Of a stretch of DNA of 64,000 nucleotides, positions 34,471 through 44,439 are shown piece by piece. A program made the position numbers and the translations under genes. Each line of letters opens with the position of its first letter. The stretch's first letter is position 1. The notes below the pieces were generated by a model. The model worked only from the letters and a program-made list of their open reading frames with translations, searched no databases and was not told the origin of the DNA. The stretch is from a virus, in the IMG/VR virus record IMGVR_UViG_3300007513_000013, positions 54,472 through 118,471 of that record; one strand, given 5' to 3'.

Positions 34471-35471
34471 TATTAATAAGTTTCGGAACCAGGCCGGAAT
34501 ATATTAAGCTTAAGCCGATTGTTGATATTTTTAAAAAAAAGAAACAACCCTACAAAATTTTATTCACTGGGCAACACACTAGTTTACTACCCGCAGAAGC
34601 TTCAGTTGAAATAGATTATAAGTTAAACATTAAAGATGGTTCAAATCGACTTGATTCAATCGTTGGCTCTGTCATGAATCAGTCCCATATATGGATTGAA
34701 CAGCTTACGCACGTAATGGTACAAGGAGACACGACTTCTGCTTTTGCGGTAGCATTGGCCGCTTTTCATAGAAAAGTCCCTGTAATACACCTTGAAGCCG
34801 GTCTCAGGACCTATGACAATAATAATCCATACCCAGAAGAATTCAACAGGCAGGCAATTTCTCGTTTGACCAGCATACACCTTTGCCCAACGGAAAATGA
34901 TGCAAATAATTTAAAAAGAGAAAACGCGCAAGGTGAAATACATGTTGTGGGAAATACTGTGTTGGACAATCTACAAAATTTGAAAGTTTCTTATAATAAT
35001 AAAATTTTAATAACAATGCACCGCAGAGAAAATCATGATAAAATAGAAGATTGGTTTTTGGCCTTTAACAACCTTGCGAAATCTTATTTAGAGTATGATT
35101 TTGAGTTTGTTGCTCATCCAAATCCAAACGTACAAAAGCATTTGCACCTATTGGACCATGTTAAGGTGGTGGATCCTATGGAGCATACTGACTTTGTTCG
35201 AGAAGTTGCACAATGCAAGTTTTTAATAACCGACTCTGGTGGGCTACAAGAAGAATCTTCTTTTTTGAGAAAAAGGAGCATTGTTTGCCGAAAAGCCACG
35301 GAAAGAACAGCTGGACTGGGGCATTTTTCAATTTTATGTTATAATCCAAACGAGTTATATGATATGATACCTAGGTACATAAATAATTTTAAAATCAGTA
35401 GTGCGATTAAGTGTCCTTATGGCGATGGCAATTCTGCTGAAAAGATATATAACATTCTAAAATCAAAATGA
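34467..35471 (+). CDS. wecB: UDP-N-acetylglucosamine 2-epimerase (non-hydrolysing)
   Basis: FGTRPEYIK, TGQH, VQGDTTSA, HLEAGLRT, PYPEEFNR, TMHRREN, TDSGGLQEE, PYGDG. Confidence 0.92.
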   Translation: MILISFGTRPEYIKLKPIVDIFKKKKQPYKILFTGQHTSLLPAEASVEIDYKLNIKDGSNRLDSIVGSVMNQSHIWIEQLTHVMVQGDTTSAFAVALAAFHRKVPVIHLEAGLRTYDNNNPYPEEFNRQAISRLTSIHLCPTENDANNLKRENAQGEIHVVGNTVLDNLQNLKVSYNNKILITMHRRENHDKIEDWFLAFNNLAKSYLEYDFEFVAHPNPNVQKHLHLLDHVKVVDPMEHTDFVREVAQCKFLITDSGGLQEESSFLRKRSIVCRKATERTAGLGHFSILCYNPNELYDMIPRYINNFKISSAIKCPYGDGNSAEKIYNILKSK

Positions 35472-36250
35472 CAGACAAATTTGTAAACGACCTATTTTTA
35501 CTTTTAAACAAGCTAAAGAACAATGAACACTTTGCTTTTGTGCGCTTTTCTGACGGAGAAGTCTTTGTTATGCAAAACAAATATTTGAGACTGGGAGAAA
35601 AACAGGTAAACGTTGGTGATTTTGTACATAACTTTGGATATTCAGCAGATGACTTTAAAGAATACATACCTGAGAAACACAGCTTTCTCAAAGACAAATT
35701 AATAGACTCTATCTCGTTTGAAAAAAAGAATTATTTTGTTGGGGCAGGTTGCGCAAATTGTACGTGCGCCATTAGAGAACACATCCCATGGATAAAAGAG
35801 TATTATAAAAACGGCGAAGAGCATTGGACTAGTCCAAACTTGCTTGTTAATTCAAATTATCCGATGTTTGTTGGGCATTATGTGCCTGAATTCAAGAAAC
35901 ATAAGGTTGTTATGATCTGCAGCAAAAATGCTGATCTTACAAGTATGCCTTTTGAAGTAGTGAAAGACTTTAGAGTTGGGAAAAACTGTATAGTCAACGA
36001 TCATCATTTAGAAGATGAGATTAAAGAGTGGATGGAATCTAACTCAATAGAAGATCATGTCTTTTTGTTCTCAGCCAGTAGTTTAAGCGAGGTTTTGATA
36101 CATAAGCTTTTTGATTGGAACGATAAGAACACATATATTGATATTGGAACAACTCTCCACAAATATATGAAATTAGGAATAGAAAGAGATTACCTAAAAG
36201 CCTATTGGAATAATGCTCCTTTGGCGGACATACACAGATCATGCAATTGA
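35468..36250 (+). CDS. GT-D fold (DUF1792-like) glycosyltransferase candidate
   Basis: FAFVRFSDGE and YIDIG motifs, in glycan-cluster context. Confidence 0.55.
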   Translation: MTDKFVNDLFLLLNKLKNNEHFAFVRFSDGEVFVMQNKYLRLGEKQVNVGDFVHNFGYSADDFKEYIPEKHSFLKDKLIDSISFEKKNYFVGAGCANCTCAIREHIPWIKEYYKNGEEHWTSPNLLVNSNYPMFVGHYVPEFKKHKVVMICSKNADLTSMPFEVVKDFRVGKNCIVNDHHLEDEIKEWMESNSIEDHVFLFSASSLSEVLIHKLFDWNDKNTYIDIGTTLHKYMKLGIERDYLKAYWNNAPLADIHRSCN

Positions 36251-36627
36251 AACTAGTTGAAAATGAACCTAAATACTGGGAATTTATAAGAAATTTAAGA
36301 AATGATTCTGAAGTAAAAAAAGGATTTATACAGCAACAATATATAACGACTGATAATCATAAAAGTTTTATGGAGAATCATAATAAAAATTTTTATATTT
36401 GCCTGGTAGAAGAAAAACCGGCAGGATATGTTGGTCAAATAGATAACGACATAAGAGTTGCAACCTCTCCAGAATTTCAAGGAAAAGGTGTTGGAAAGTT
36501 TATGATTAATACGTTGATGGAAAAGCATCCAAATGCTTTTGCAAAAGTTAAAGTGGAAAACGAAGCGAGTCTGAGGCTTTTTGAAAGTTGCGGATTTAAG
36601 AAACAATATTATATTTTGGAGAAATAA
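36241..36627 (+). CDS. GNAT N-acetyltransferase (PseH-like)
   Basis: IRNLRND, PEFQGKGVG, and NEASLRLFESCGF. Confidence 0.85.
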   Translation: MQLKLVENEPKYWEFIRNLRNDSEVKKGFIQQQYITTDNHKSFMENHNKNFYICLVEEKPAGYVGQIDNDIRVATSPEFQGKGVGKFMINTLMEKHPNAFAKVKVENEASLRLFESCGFKKQYYILEK

Positions 36628-37251
36628 ATGCTGCATAACCCTTATAAAATAGTACAGATGTTTGAAGAAGAAGTCGCCCATTACACGGGAGCGCCATATG
36701 CTGTTTCTACAAATAGTTGCACAAATGCTCTGTTTTTAGCATGCAAGTGGAATAAAGTAGAAGGGAAAGAGGTTATAATACCTAAAAGAACCTATTTGTC
36801 CCCTCCTCAATCTATTCTACAAGCTGGCGGAAAACTAATTTTTGAAGACATTAAGTGGGAAGGCACATATCAATTAAAGCCTTTTCCAATTTATGATGCC
36901 GCCAAAAGATTAACATCTAATATGTATATTCCTGGTACATTTATGTGTATTTCTTTTCATATCAAAAAGCACCTTAAAATAGGCAAGGGCGGTATGATAT
37001 TATGTGATAACAAAGAAGCCACAGAATGGCTTAAAGCAAGAAGATACGAGGGCAGAACTGCAGGAATGAAGTATCATGAAGACCAAATTGATGAAGAGGG
37101 CTGGAACATGTATATGACACCCGAACAAGCTGCAAGAGGGTTGACTTTGATGCAGAATTACCCAGAAAACATGCCAGACATTCCAGAAGATCCCCCTTAC
37201 AGGGACTTGACTGAATTTGAATTATTTAAAGATATAGAGGTTAGAGAATGA
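36628..37251 (+). CDS. Short DegT/DnrJ/EryC1/StrS-family PLP sugar aminotransferase
   Basis: FEEEVAHYTG, STNSCTNAL, IYDAA, SFHIKKHLKIGKGG, GWNMYM; only 207 aa. Confidence 0.8.
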   Translation: MLHNPYKIVQMFEEEVAHYTGAPYAVSTNSCTNALFLACKWNKVEGKEVIIPKRTYLSPPQSILQAGGKLIFEDIKWEGTYQLKPFPIYDAAKRLTSNMYIPGTFMCISFHIKKHLKIGKGGMILCDNKEATEWLKARRYEGRTAGMKYHEDQIDEEGWNMYMTPEQAARGLTLMQNYPENMPDIPEDPPYRDLTEFELFKDIEVRE

Positions 37252-38864
37252 AGATTATAGGAGTTAGCACGGGTCACGATTGTTCATATTGTGTTTTGGA
37301 AGATGGAAGGCCGGTTGTACATGAAGAATGGGAACGTTTTTCCAGAATAAAGGAAAGCGATACTAACGTTTTTGAGTTTTTGGAAGATAGATTAGCTGAT
37401 TACAAAGATACAAAATATGTAACTCATTGGCCCTGCAATCCGAATGGTTGGGAAAATATCTTTAAAGACAAGAAGTTAGCCTCTTTTGAAAAGATGAAGG
37501 AAATGGTCAAGGAAAACGGAGGAGCCTATTATCAATTTGGACACCATCAAAGTCATGCTGCCAATGCTTTCTTTTCAAGCAATCATGATAGGGCACTAAT
37601 ATTGACATTGGATGCTGGTGGTTGGGATTACGGTGATTATGATGAGAACAGTGTTGGAAGGGGAGAAATCCACGACACTTCAGTTACTGTTTGGAGAGGT
37701 GAGAAAAACAAGATACACCCAATTGCAATTCTTTCGATTGAGGATTTAAGCATTGGTTTGGTTTGGCATGATATTCTACCTTCAGTTTTTGGCCTTTCAA
37801 ACGGAACACCAATTGGAAATCAGGCCGGTACTGCCATGGCAATGGCAGCAATGGGAAAAACAGATAAATATGTAGATAAAATTGGCTTTAGCAACAATCA
37901 TCATCGTACAGATTATAAGTACCTTAAAAATGCAGCCGTAGAAAATCCTGATGAATTATACGAAATAGCAAGAGCGCTGCAAACAAACACTGAAGGGCAA
38001 ATCAGGCGCCTGATTAGTTATTATCTAGTGGAAGGGGATGAAAACTTGTGTGTCGCTGGCGGAGTTGCATTAAATTGTGTATCTATGGGTAAACTATTTG
38101 ATTGGTTTCCACAGCTTAAATCTGTTTATGTGCCTCCTGTGCCTTATGATGCGGGTTTATCTATTGGCTCCGCTCAATATCTTTATCATCACGTGCTAGA
38201 TAATCCAAGAATCACCTGGGAAGATAATTTTACACCTTATTTAGGAGTAACCTATGAATTGAGCGAAGTAAAAGAGGCGCTGGAACAGCACAAAGATGAG
38301 GTCACCTTCTCAGAAGCTTCTGATTCTGAAGTGCTGGAGTTACTGGATAAACAGAATATTGTTGCAGTTTTTGGCGGCCCCTCGGAATCTGGCCGACGCG
38401 CCCTAGGCAACAGAAGCATTTTGGCAGATCCTCGCAACGCTAATATGAAGGATATAATTAATGAAAAGGTCAAACATCGACAGTCGTTCCGTCCATTTGC
38501 GCCATCTATTTTAAGAGAAGAAGTAAAAAATTGGTTTGTGCACGATGTTGATAGTCCATATATGAATTTTGCTTTGAGATATCAAGAACATGCATTAGAA
38601 AAAGTACCGGCCGTTGTGCACTTTAATAACACTGGCCGTTTACAAACAGTAACAGAAAGCGATAACAATTGGTATTACAACTTTATAAAACAATGGCAAG
38701 AAAAGACTGGAGTGCCGATTTTATTAAACACCAGCTTTAATGATCGAGAGCCAATTGTTGAAACACCAGAACATGCACTTAAATGTTTCATGAAAACCAA
38801 AATAGACTATTTGTATTTTACCGATTATGGCATTTTGGTGCGCAAGAACGAAGAAGAGAAATGA
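37248..38864 (+). CDS. Carbamoyltransferase (NodU/CmcH family)
   Basis: GHD, HHQSHAANAF, LTLDAGG, AGGVALNC, PYDAG, SESGRRALGNRSILADPR, KHRQSFRPFAP, LLNTSFN. Confidence 0.93.
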   Translation: MKIIGVSTGHDCSYCVLEDGRPVVHEEWERFSRIKESDTNVFEFLEDRLADYKDTKYVTHWPCNPNGWENIFKDKKLASFEKMKEMVKENGGAYYQFGHHQSHAANAFFSSNHDRALILTLDAGGWDYGDYDENSVGRGEIHDTSVTVWRGEKNKIHPIAILSIEDLSIGLVWHDILPSVFGLSNGTPIGNQAGTAMAMAAMGKTDKYVDKIGFSNNHHRTDYKYLKNAAVENPDELYEIARALQTNTEGQIRRLISYYLVEGDENLCVAGGVALNCVSMGKLFDWFPQLKSVYVPPVPYDAGLSIGSAQYLYHHVLDNPRITWEDNFTPYLGVTYELSEVKEALEQHKDEVTFSEASDSEVLELLDKQNIVAVFGGPSESGRRALGNRSILADPRNANMKDIINEKVKHRQSFRPFAPSILREEVKNWFVHDVDSPYMNFALRYQEHALEKVPAVVHFNNTGRLQTVTESDNNWYYNFIKQWQEKTGVPILLNTSFNDREPIVETPEHALKCFMKTKIDYLYFTDYGILVRKNEEEK

Positions 38865-39739
38865 TCACGTTTTTAGAATTAGGAAAACATGGCCGCCTAG
38901 GCAATCAACTTTTTCAATATGCCGCACTGAAAGGCATTGCTCTAAGAAATAACTACGAGTGTAAAATTCCAGATCCGGCAGAGTGCGAGTGGCACGGTCA
39001 AAAATGTCTATTAAAGGAATTTAATATAGAGAGCGAATATTTAACCTTACAAGATAGAGAAAAAATTGAATATATGGCAGTAGAGCCAAGCCCCCATTCT
39101 TTTTACGAGCAAATGCTGGCAATACCTGACAACACCAATCTTCATGGCTATTTTCAGTCGACATACTATTTTAAAGGATATGAAGAGCAGATTCGCAAAG
39201 AACTGACCCCTAAAAAAGAATATATTGATTTTGCCAAAGAGTATCTTGAACCACTAAAGACAGACGGCAGTGCCATAGTTAGTGTTCATTTACGCAGAGG
39301 GGACATTACAGATGGTACGAATGCAAGTGAGAAGTACTTAAATTTTTATGGAAAAGATGATATATTTAGTAAAGAAAGCGGCTATGGTAGATATATTAAC
39401 AAGGCCTTGGAAAATTTCAAAGATGTGAAAGTAAAATATCTAGTCTTTTCCGGAGGTTCGCGCACAGGAGACGATGCCGCCGACATTGCATGGGCTAAGA
39501 ACAATTTTGCAAAAGATAAATTTAAAGTATCAGACACCAATGATCCAATGAAAGATTTGGCATTGATTATGTCATGCGATCACAACATCACATGTCACAT
39601 GACGAGTTTCGGTTGGTGGGGGGCATATTTAAATTTTAATCCGGATAAAATTGTTATTGCACCTAGGAATTACTTTTATGATATGCCTAGCGCATACGTA
39701 AGGCCCGGCTTCTTTCCAGAAAATTGGAGCTTGACCTAA
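38861..39739 (+). CDS. Glycosyltransferase family 11 (alpha-1,2-fucosyltransferase-like)
   Basis: GRLGNQLFQYA, HGYFQS, VSVHLRRGD, and TSFGWWGAYL; ATG at 38861 (track start 38783 too long). Confidence 0.9.
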   Translation: MITFLELGKHGRLGNQLFQYAALKGIALRNNYECKIPDPAECEWHGQKCLLKEFNIESEYLTLQDREKIEYMAVEPSPHSFYEQMLAIPDNTNLHGYFQSTYYFKGYEEQIRKELTPKKEYIDFAKEYLEPLKTDGSAIVSVHLRRGDITDGTNASEKYLNFYGKDDIFSKESGYGRYINKALENFKDVKVKYLVFSGGSRTGDDAADIAWAKNNFAKDKFKVSDTNDPMKDLALIMSCDHNITCHMTSFGWWGAYLNFNPDKIVIAPRNYFYDMPSAYVRPGFFPENWSLT

Positions 39740-39753
39740 AGGGGATATGAAAA

Positions 39754-40587
39754 GTGGAGAATAAAAAAATAAAATTAATTAAAGAATACTGGAACAGACG
39801 GCCGTGCAACATAAAACACTCTTTAAAGGAGTTTGGCACCCAAGAGTATTTTGACGAAGTGGAAGAAAGAAAATATTTTGTTGAACCCCACATTCTAGAG
39901 TTTGCTGAATTTCAAAAATGGAAAGGAAAAGAGGTTTTAGAGATTGGTTGTGGAATAGGGACTGATAGTGTGAATTTTGCTCGAAATGGTGCAAACCTAA
40001 CTGTTGTTGAACTCTCCGAAAAGAGTCTAGATGTATGTAAAAAACGATTTGGCGTTTACGGATTAAAAGCTGATTTTATCTTGGGAAATGCAGAAAAGCT
40101 CTCTTCTTTATTGCCGGTGGGAAAAAAGTATGATTTAGTTTATGCGTTTGGCGTAATCCACCATACAAACAAACCAGATAGAGTAGTTAAGGAAATCAAG
40201 AAAGTTTTAAAGCCCCAGTCGGAGCTAAGAATAATGTTGTATTCTAGGTTTAGTTTTAAATTGTTTGATTTTATGCATCAAAATAATATTTGGGACTTTA
40301 GCAAAACGAGAGAAACGATACAATATTTTGCCGAAGCTCAATTGGGTTGCCCTAGGGCTTTAACTTATACTTTTAAAGAAGCAAGAGAACTATTAAGTGA
40401 TTTTGATATCATTTCTATCAAGAAGGATCATATCTTTCCTTACGATATATCTGAATATATTAATCATAATTATGAGATTGCTGATTCCTTTAAAAATATC
40501 ACTAATGAAGATTTTAGACAACTGTGTGGCGAGTTGGGCTGGCACACTTTAATCAAAGCAAAGCCTAAAAACATGCCTGGAGAATGA
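39754..40587 (+). CDS. Class I SAM-dependent methyltransferase
   Basis: VLEIGCGIG, GNAEKL, YDLVYAFGVIHH; GTG start. Confidence 0.9.
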   Translation: MENKKIKLIKEYWNRRPCNIKHSLKEFGTQEYFDEVEERKYFVEPHILEFAEFQKWKGKEVLEIGCGIGTDSVNFARNGANLTVVELSEKSLDVCKKRFGVYGLKADFILGNAEKLSSLLPVGKKYDLVYAFGVIHHTNKPDRVVKEIKKVLKPQSELRIMLYSRFSFKLFDFMHQNNIWDFSKTRETIQYFAEAQLGCPRALTYTFKEARELLSDFDIISIKKDHIFPYDISEYINHNYEIADSFKNITNEDFRQLCGELGWHTLIKAKPKNMPGE

Positions 40588-40591
40588 TTTA

Positions 40592-41365
40592 ATGAGCTTT
40601 TTCACACAAGACATTTCTCAATGGTTAGAAAAATATCTAGAGGAGAGTTGTTTATCAACATTTGTTGTGGGAGTATCTGGTGGTGTTGATTCGGCTGTTG
40701 TGTCTACTTTGTGCGCACTGACAGGTAAGCCTACAGTGGTGCTTAATATACCTGTAAATTCAAAACACGAGAACACTGCTCTTTCCACTACTCAATGTGA
40801 GTGGTTAGCAGCAAATTATGACAATGTTACGGTACATGAGATAGATCTAAGCAATACATATAAAGAGTTTCAAGAAGCTGTTTTAAAGTCAATTGATATC
40901 AATGGGTTAGCCATGGCCAATACTAAGTCGCGTTTACGTATGGTGTTGTTGTATTATTTTGCCACAACGTTAAATGGTTTAGTGGTTGGAACTGGAAACA
41001 AAGTTGAAGATTTTGGTGTAGGCTTTTATACCAAATACGGTGACGGAGGAGTTGATGTAAGTCCAATTGCAGATCTTACCAAAACTCAAGTGCGCAATCT
41101 AGCGAAAGAACTTAACATACCGGCTGAAATTATTGAAGCTCCTCCGACTGATGGCCTTTGGGAAGATAGTCGCACCGACGAAGAACAAATTGGCGCTTCA
41201 TACGAGGAATTGGAGTGGGCTATGGATTATATTGATAATAATAGACAAACATCGTTATCAACAAGAGAGAGACATGTTTTAGACATATTTGTTAGTTATA
41301 GAACTAAAAATGCTCATAAAATGAATCCCATACCGGTATATCAATGTAGAGGAGAGAAAGGTTGA
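40592..41365 (+). CDS. nadE: NH3-dependent NAD+ synthetase
   Basis: VGVSGGVDS, NTKSRLRM, GTGNKVE, FYTKYGDGGVD, PIADLTK, PPTDGLW, TDEEQIGASY. Confidence 0.9.
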   Translation: MSFFTQDISQWLEKYLEESCLSTFVVGVSGGVDSAVVSTLCALTGKPTVVLNIPVNSKHENTALSTTQCEWLAANYDNVTVHEIDLSNTYKEFQEAVLKSIDINGLAMANTKSRLRMVLLYYFATTLNGLVVGTGNKVEDFGVGFYTKYGDGGVDVSPIADLTKTQVRNLAKELNIPAEIIEAPPTDGLWEDSRTDEEQIGASYEELEWAMDYIDNNRQTSLSTRERHVLDIFVSYRTKNAHKMNPIPVYQCRGEKG

Positions 41366-42468
41366 ACATTTCAGTAGTAGGTATTGGAAAATTGGGTCTT
41401 TGTTTTTCTCTTACGTTAGAAAAAGCAGGCTATAATGTTGTGGGCGTTGATATCAATGAGAATTATGTAGCTCAAATTAATCAAAAAACACTTCACAGTT
41501 CTGAAGCGGGAGTCACAGCTGTCCTAAAAAAATCTCAAAACTTTAAAGCAACAACATCGCTTAACGAAGCACTAGAACACTCTAATATTATTTTTGTAGT
41601 CGTTGCAACCCCTTCGTTAGAAAGCGGGAGATATGATCATTCACAGGTTGATTCTTTGGTCGATAGATTAAATGATATTGGTCCGGTGAAAGAACAGAAA
41701 CATTTGATAGTGTGCTGTACTGTTATGCCGGGTTATTGTGACTCCATAAAAGAAAAACTAAACAGTTTAAATTATACAGTGAGTTACAATCCAGAATTTA
41801 TTGCACAGGGTACAATTTTACGAGATCAGTCGCGACCCGATATGATATTGATCGGAGAAGCCTCAGAAAAAGTGGGTGACATTTTAGAGGAAATTTATAC
41901 AAAGCATACAATCAGCAGTCCGCGCATATGTAGAATGTCTCCTAAAGAGGCAGAAATCACTAAAATAGCTTTAAATTGTTTTCTGACAACAAAAATAGCA
42001 TATGCCAACATGGTAGGGGATATTGTTATTGCCGCAAATGGCGACCCGCATAAAGTTCTTAAGGCTATTGGTGAGGATTCCCGGATTGGTAATAAATATT
42101 TAGGCTATGGATATGGCTACGGGGGACCTTGTTTTCCTCGTGATAACCGTGCTTTGGCTGTGTTTGCTGAAGATGTGGGAGTGGAAGCATTGGTAAGTGT
42201 TGCCTCTGATGAAAGCAACAAAAAGCACTTACAAAACCAAATTCAACAATATATTAGCAAGAACCCGAAAGATAAAGAGTTGGTTTTTGATTATATAACC
42301 TATAAGCCTGAGTCTACGCTATTGGTAGAATCACAACAGCTTGAATATGCCGTTGGTCTGGCAAGAGAAGGTTACAAAGTCCGAATTAGAGAGAGAAAAG
42401 AAGTGATAGAAGAACTTAAAAAAGATTATGGTAACTTGTTTACTTACGAGGAGAGAGAAAATGACTAA
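41362..42468 (+). CDS. UDP-glucose/GDP-mannose dehydrogenase family protein
   Basis: VGIGKLG, VATP, YNPEFIAQG, TKIALN, GYGYGGPCFPRD; TTG start. Confidence 0.88.
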   Translation: MNISVVGIGKLGLCFSLTLEKAGYNVVGVDINENYVAQINQKTLHSSEAGVTAVLKKSQNFKATTSLNEALEHSNIIFVVVATPSLESGRYDHSQVDSLVDRLNDIGPVKEQKHLIVCCTVMPGYCDSIKEKLNSLNYTVSYNPEFIAQGTILRDQSRPDMILIGEASEKVGDILEEIYTKHTISSPRICRMSPKEAEITKIALNCFLTTKIAYANMVGDIVIAANGDPHKVLKAIGEDSRIGNKYLGYGYGYGGPCFPRDNRALAVFAEDVGVEALVSVASDESNKKHLQNQIQQYISKNPKDKELVFDYITYKPESTLLVESQQLEYAVGLAREGYKVRIRERKEVIEELKKDYGNLFTYEEREND

Positions 42469-43465
42469 GAGAGCGTTAGTGTGCGGTGCAGGCGGATTTA
42501 TCGGAGGCCACATGGCAAAGCGCCTTAAAGATGAGGGCTGGTGGGTACGAGGCGTAGATTTAAAGCCCAATGAATTCATGAACATGGAAGAAATCTGTGA
42601 TGAATTCTTTGTTGGGGATCTTCGCGATCCTCTTTTCACCAGTGTAATGGTTTTTGCCCCTACTCAAACTTCTGAAAAAGACGCAGAAAATGCATTTGAT
42701 GTTATATATCAGTTTGCAGCGGATATGGGTGGTGCAGGTTTTATTTTCACGGGAGAGAACGATGCAGATATTATGCATAATTCAGCCCAAATTAATCTTA
42801 ATATTGCTCATGAGGCAACCAAAAAGAGTGTAAAGAAAGTGTTTTATTCCTCCTCTGCTTGTATGTATCCAGAATATAATCAAATGGATCCGGACAACCC
42901 TAAATGCTCAGAAGACTCGGCATATCCCGCTGCACCAGATAGTGAATATGGCTGGGAAAAGTTATTTAGCGAGAGGCTTTATTTGGCATTTGCTAAAAAT
43001 TATGGTTTAAATGTAAGGATCGCTCGCTACCATAATATTTTTGGACCTCAAGGTACGTGGGACGGCGGAAGAGAAAAAGCACCTGCAGCGTTTTGTCGCA
43101 AAGCTGCAAAAGCAGATGATGGTACTTCTATTGAGGTTTGGGGCGATGGAACAAGAACACGCTCCTTTTTATATATTGATGAGTGTATTGAGGCCACGCG
43201 TAGGTTTGTTGACTCTGATTTTATAGGCCCAGTAAACATAGGTTCAGAAGAGATGATTACCATTCAGGATTTTGCTAATATGGCTATTGATATATCTGGA
43301 AAAAAACTAACTATCAATAATGTTGATGGACCTTTGGGGGTCCATGGGAGAAATTCTGATAATAAGCTTTTTCAAGAAAAAGTTGGCTGGAAGCCTTTCC
43401 AGCCTCTACGCGCAGGGATGGAAAAGACTTATAAATGGATTTTAGAACAGATAAAGGAAGGGTAA
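42461..43465 (+). CDS. NAD-dependent epimerase, GDP-mannose 3',5'-epimerase-like
   Basis: GAGGFIG, FAADMGGAGFI, SSACMYPE, PDSEYGWEKL, GREKAPAAFCRK, TRSFLYIDEC; ATG at 42461. Confidence 0.85.
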   Translation: MTKRALVCGAGGFIGGHMAKRLKDEGWWVRGVDLKPNEFMNMEEICDEFFVGDLRDPLFTSVMVFAPTQTSEKDAENAFDVIYQFAADMGGAGFIFTGENDADIMHNSAQINLNIAHEATKKSVKKVFYSSSACMYPEYNQMDPDNPKCSEDSAYPAAPDSEYGWEKLFSERLYLAFAKNYGLNVRIARYHNIFGPQGTWDGGREKAPAAFCRKAAKADDGTSIEVWGDGTRTRSFLYIDECIEATRRFVDSDFIGPVNIGSEEMITIQDFANMAIDISGKKLTINNVDGPLGVHGRNSDNKLFQEKVGWKPFQPLRAGMEKTYKWILEQIKEG

Positions 43466-44431
43466 GTGAAACTAGTAACAATAACCGGATGTTTGGGGCT
43501 AATTGGCTCATATGTCACGAGAAGGTGTTTAGAGAAGGGTTGGAAAGTTTATGGAATTGATAGCTGTACATATGCGGCAAATATGGATTTTATTGACGAG
43601 TTTAAAGAAAGTGAAAACTTTACGTTTGTCAAAGAAGACATCGCGACTTTAAAATATTTACCCGATTGCGATTATGTTATCAATGTTGCAGCAGAGTCTC
43701 ATGTTGGGAACAGCATCATCGACAGCACAGACTTTATAACATCTAATGTTGTTGGGGTTAAAAATTTATTAGATCTTATTCGAAGAAAACCCAGCAATGT
43801 GGACAGCCAACCGATATTCTTTCACTTTAGTACAGATGAAGTTTATGGAGATATTACTAGCGGCTTCCATACAGAAAACGACCTTCTTAAACCAAGTAAT
43901 CCATATTCAGCTTCAAAGGCTGCCGCAGATATGTTTATTTTAGCTTGGGCAAGAACTTACGGTATTGATTATATCATTCTAAGGCCAACAAATAATTACG
44001 GTCTAGGACAATATCCAGAAAAACTAATACCAGTGTCAACAAAACTTTTAACAAGAAATAAAAAAATAAGATTGCACAATGAGGGCACCCCAATAAGGAA
44101 TTGGTTGCATGCAGATGACACCGCACAAGCAGTTATAACCATTGTTCAATCCGGCGTTAAAAACGAAATATACAACGTTGCTGGAAGTTTTGAACAAAAA
44201 AACATAGAAACAGTTAAAAAAGTTATCAATTGCTATTATAATAGTAATCATAGTAAGTTGCATGAAGACTGGACAAACTTGATTGATTTGTCGTATGTGC
44301 GAGAAGGTCAAGACGTGAGATATGCCTTGGATGACTCAAAACTAAAGAAACTTGGTTGGAGTGCAAAAAAGAACTTCGATGAAGAAATAAACAAAATAGT
44401 TCAATACTATAAAAATAATTTTAAATGGTAG
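43466..44431 (+). CDS. dTDP-glucose 4,6-dehydratase-like (RmlB family)
   Basis: TYAAN, AAESHV, STDEVYG, PSNPYSASKA, NNYG..QYPEKLIP, RNWLH, GQDVRY. Confidence 0.88.
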   Translation: MKLVTITGCLGLIGSYVTRRCLEKGWKVYGIDSCTYAANMDFIDEFKESENFTFVKEDIATLKYLPDCDYVINVAAESHVGNSIIDSTDFITSNVVGVKNLLDLIRRKPSNVDSQPIFFHFSTDEVYGDITSGFHTENDLLKPSNPYSASKAAADMFILAWARTYGIDYIILRPTNNYGLGQYPEKLIPVSTKLLTRNKKIRLHNEGTPIRNWLHADDTAQAVITIVQSGVKNEIYNVAGSFEQKNIETVKKVINCYYNSNHSKLHEDWTNLIDLSYVREGQDVRYALDDSKLKKLGWSAKKNFDEEINKIVQYYKNNFKW

Positions 44432-44439
44432 GTAAAGAA

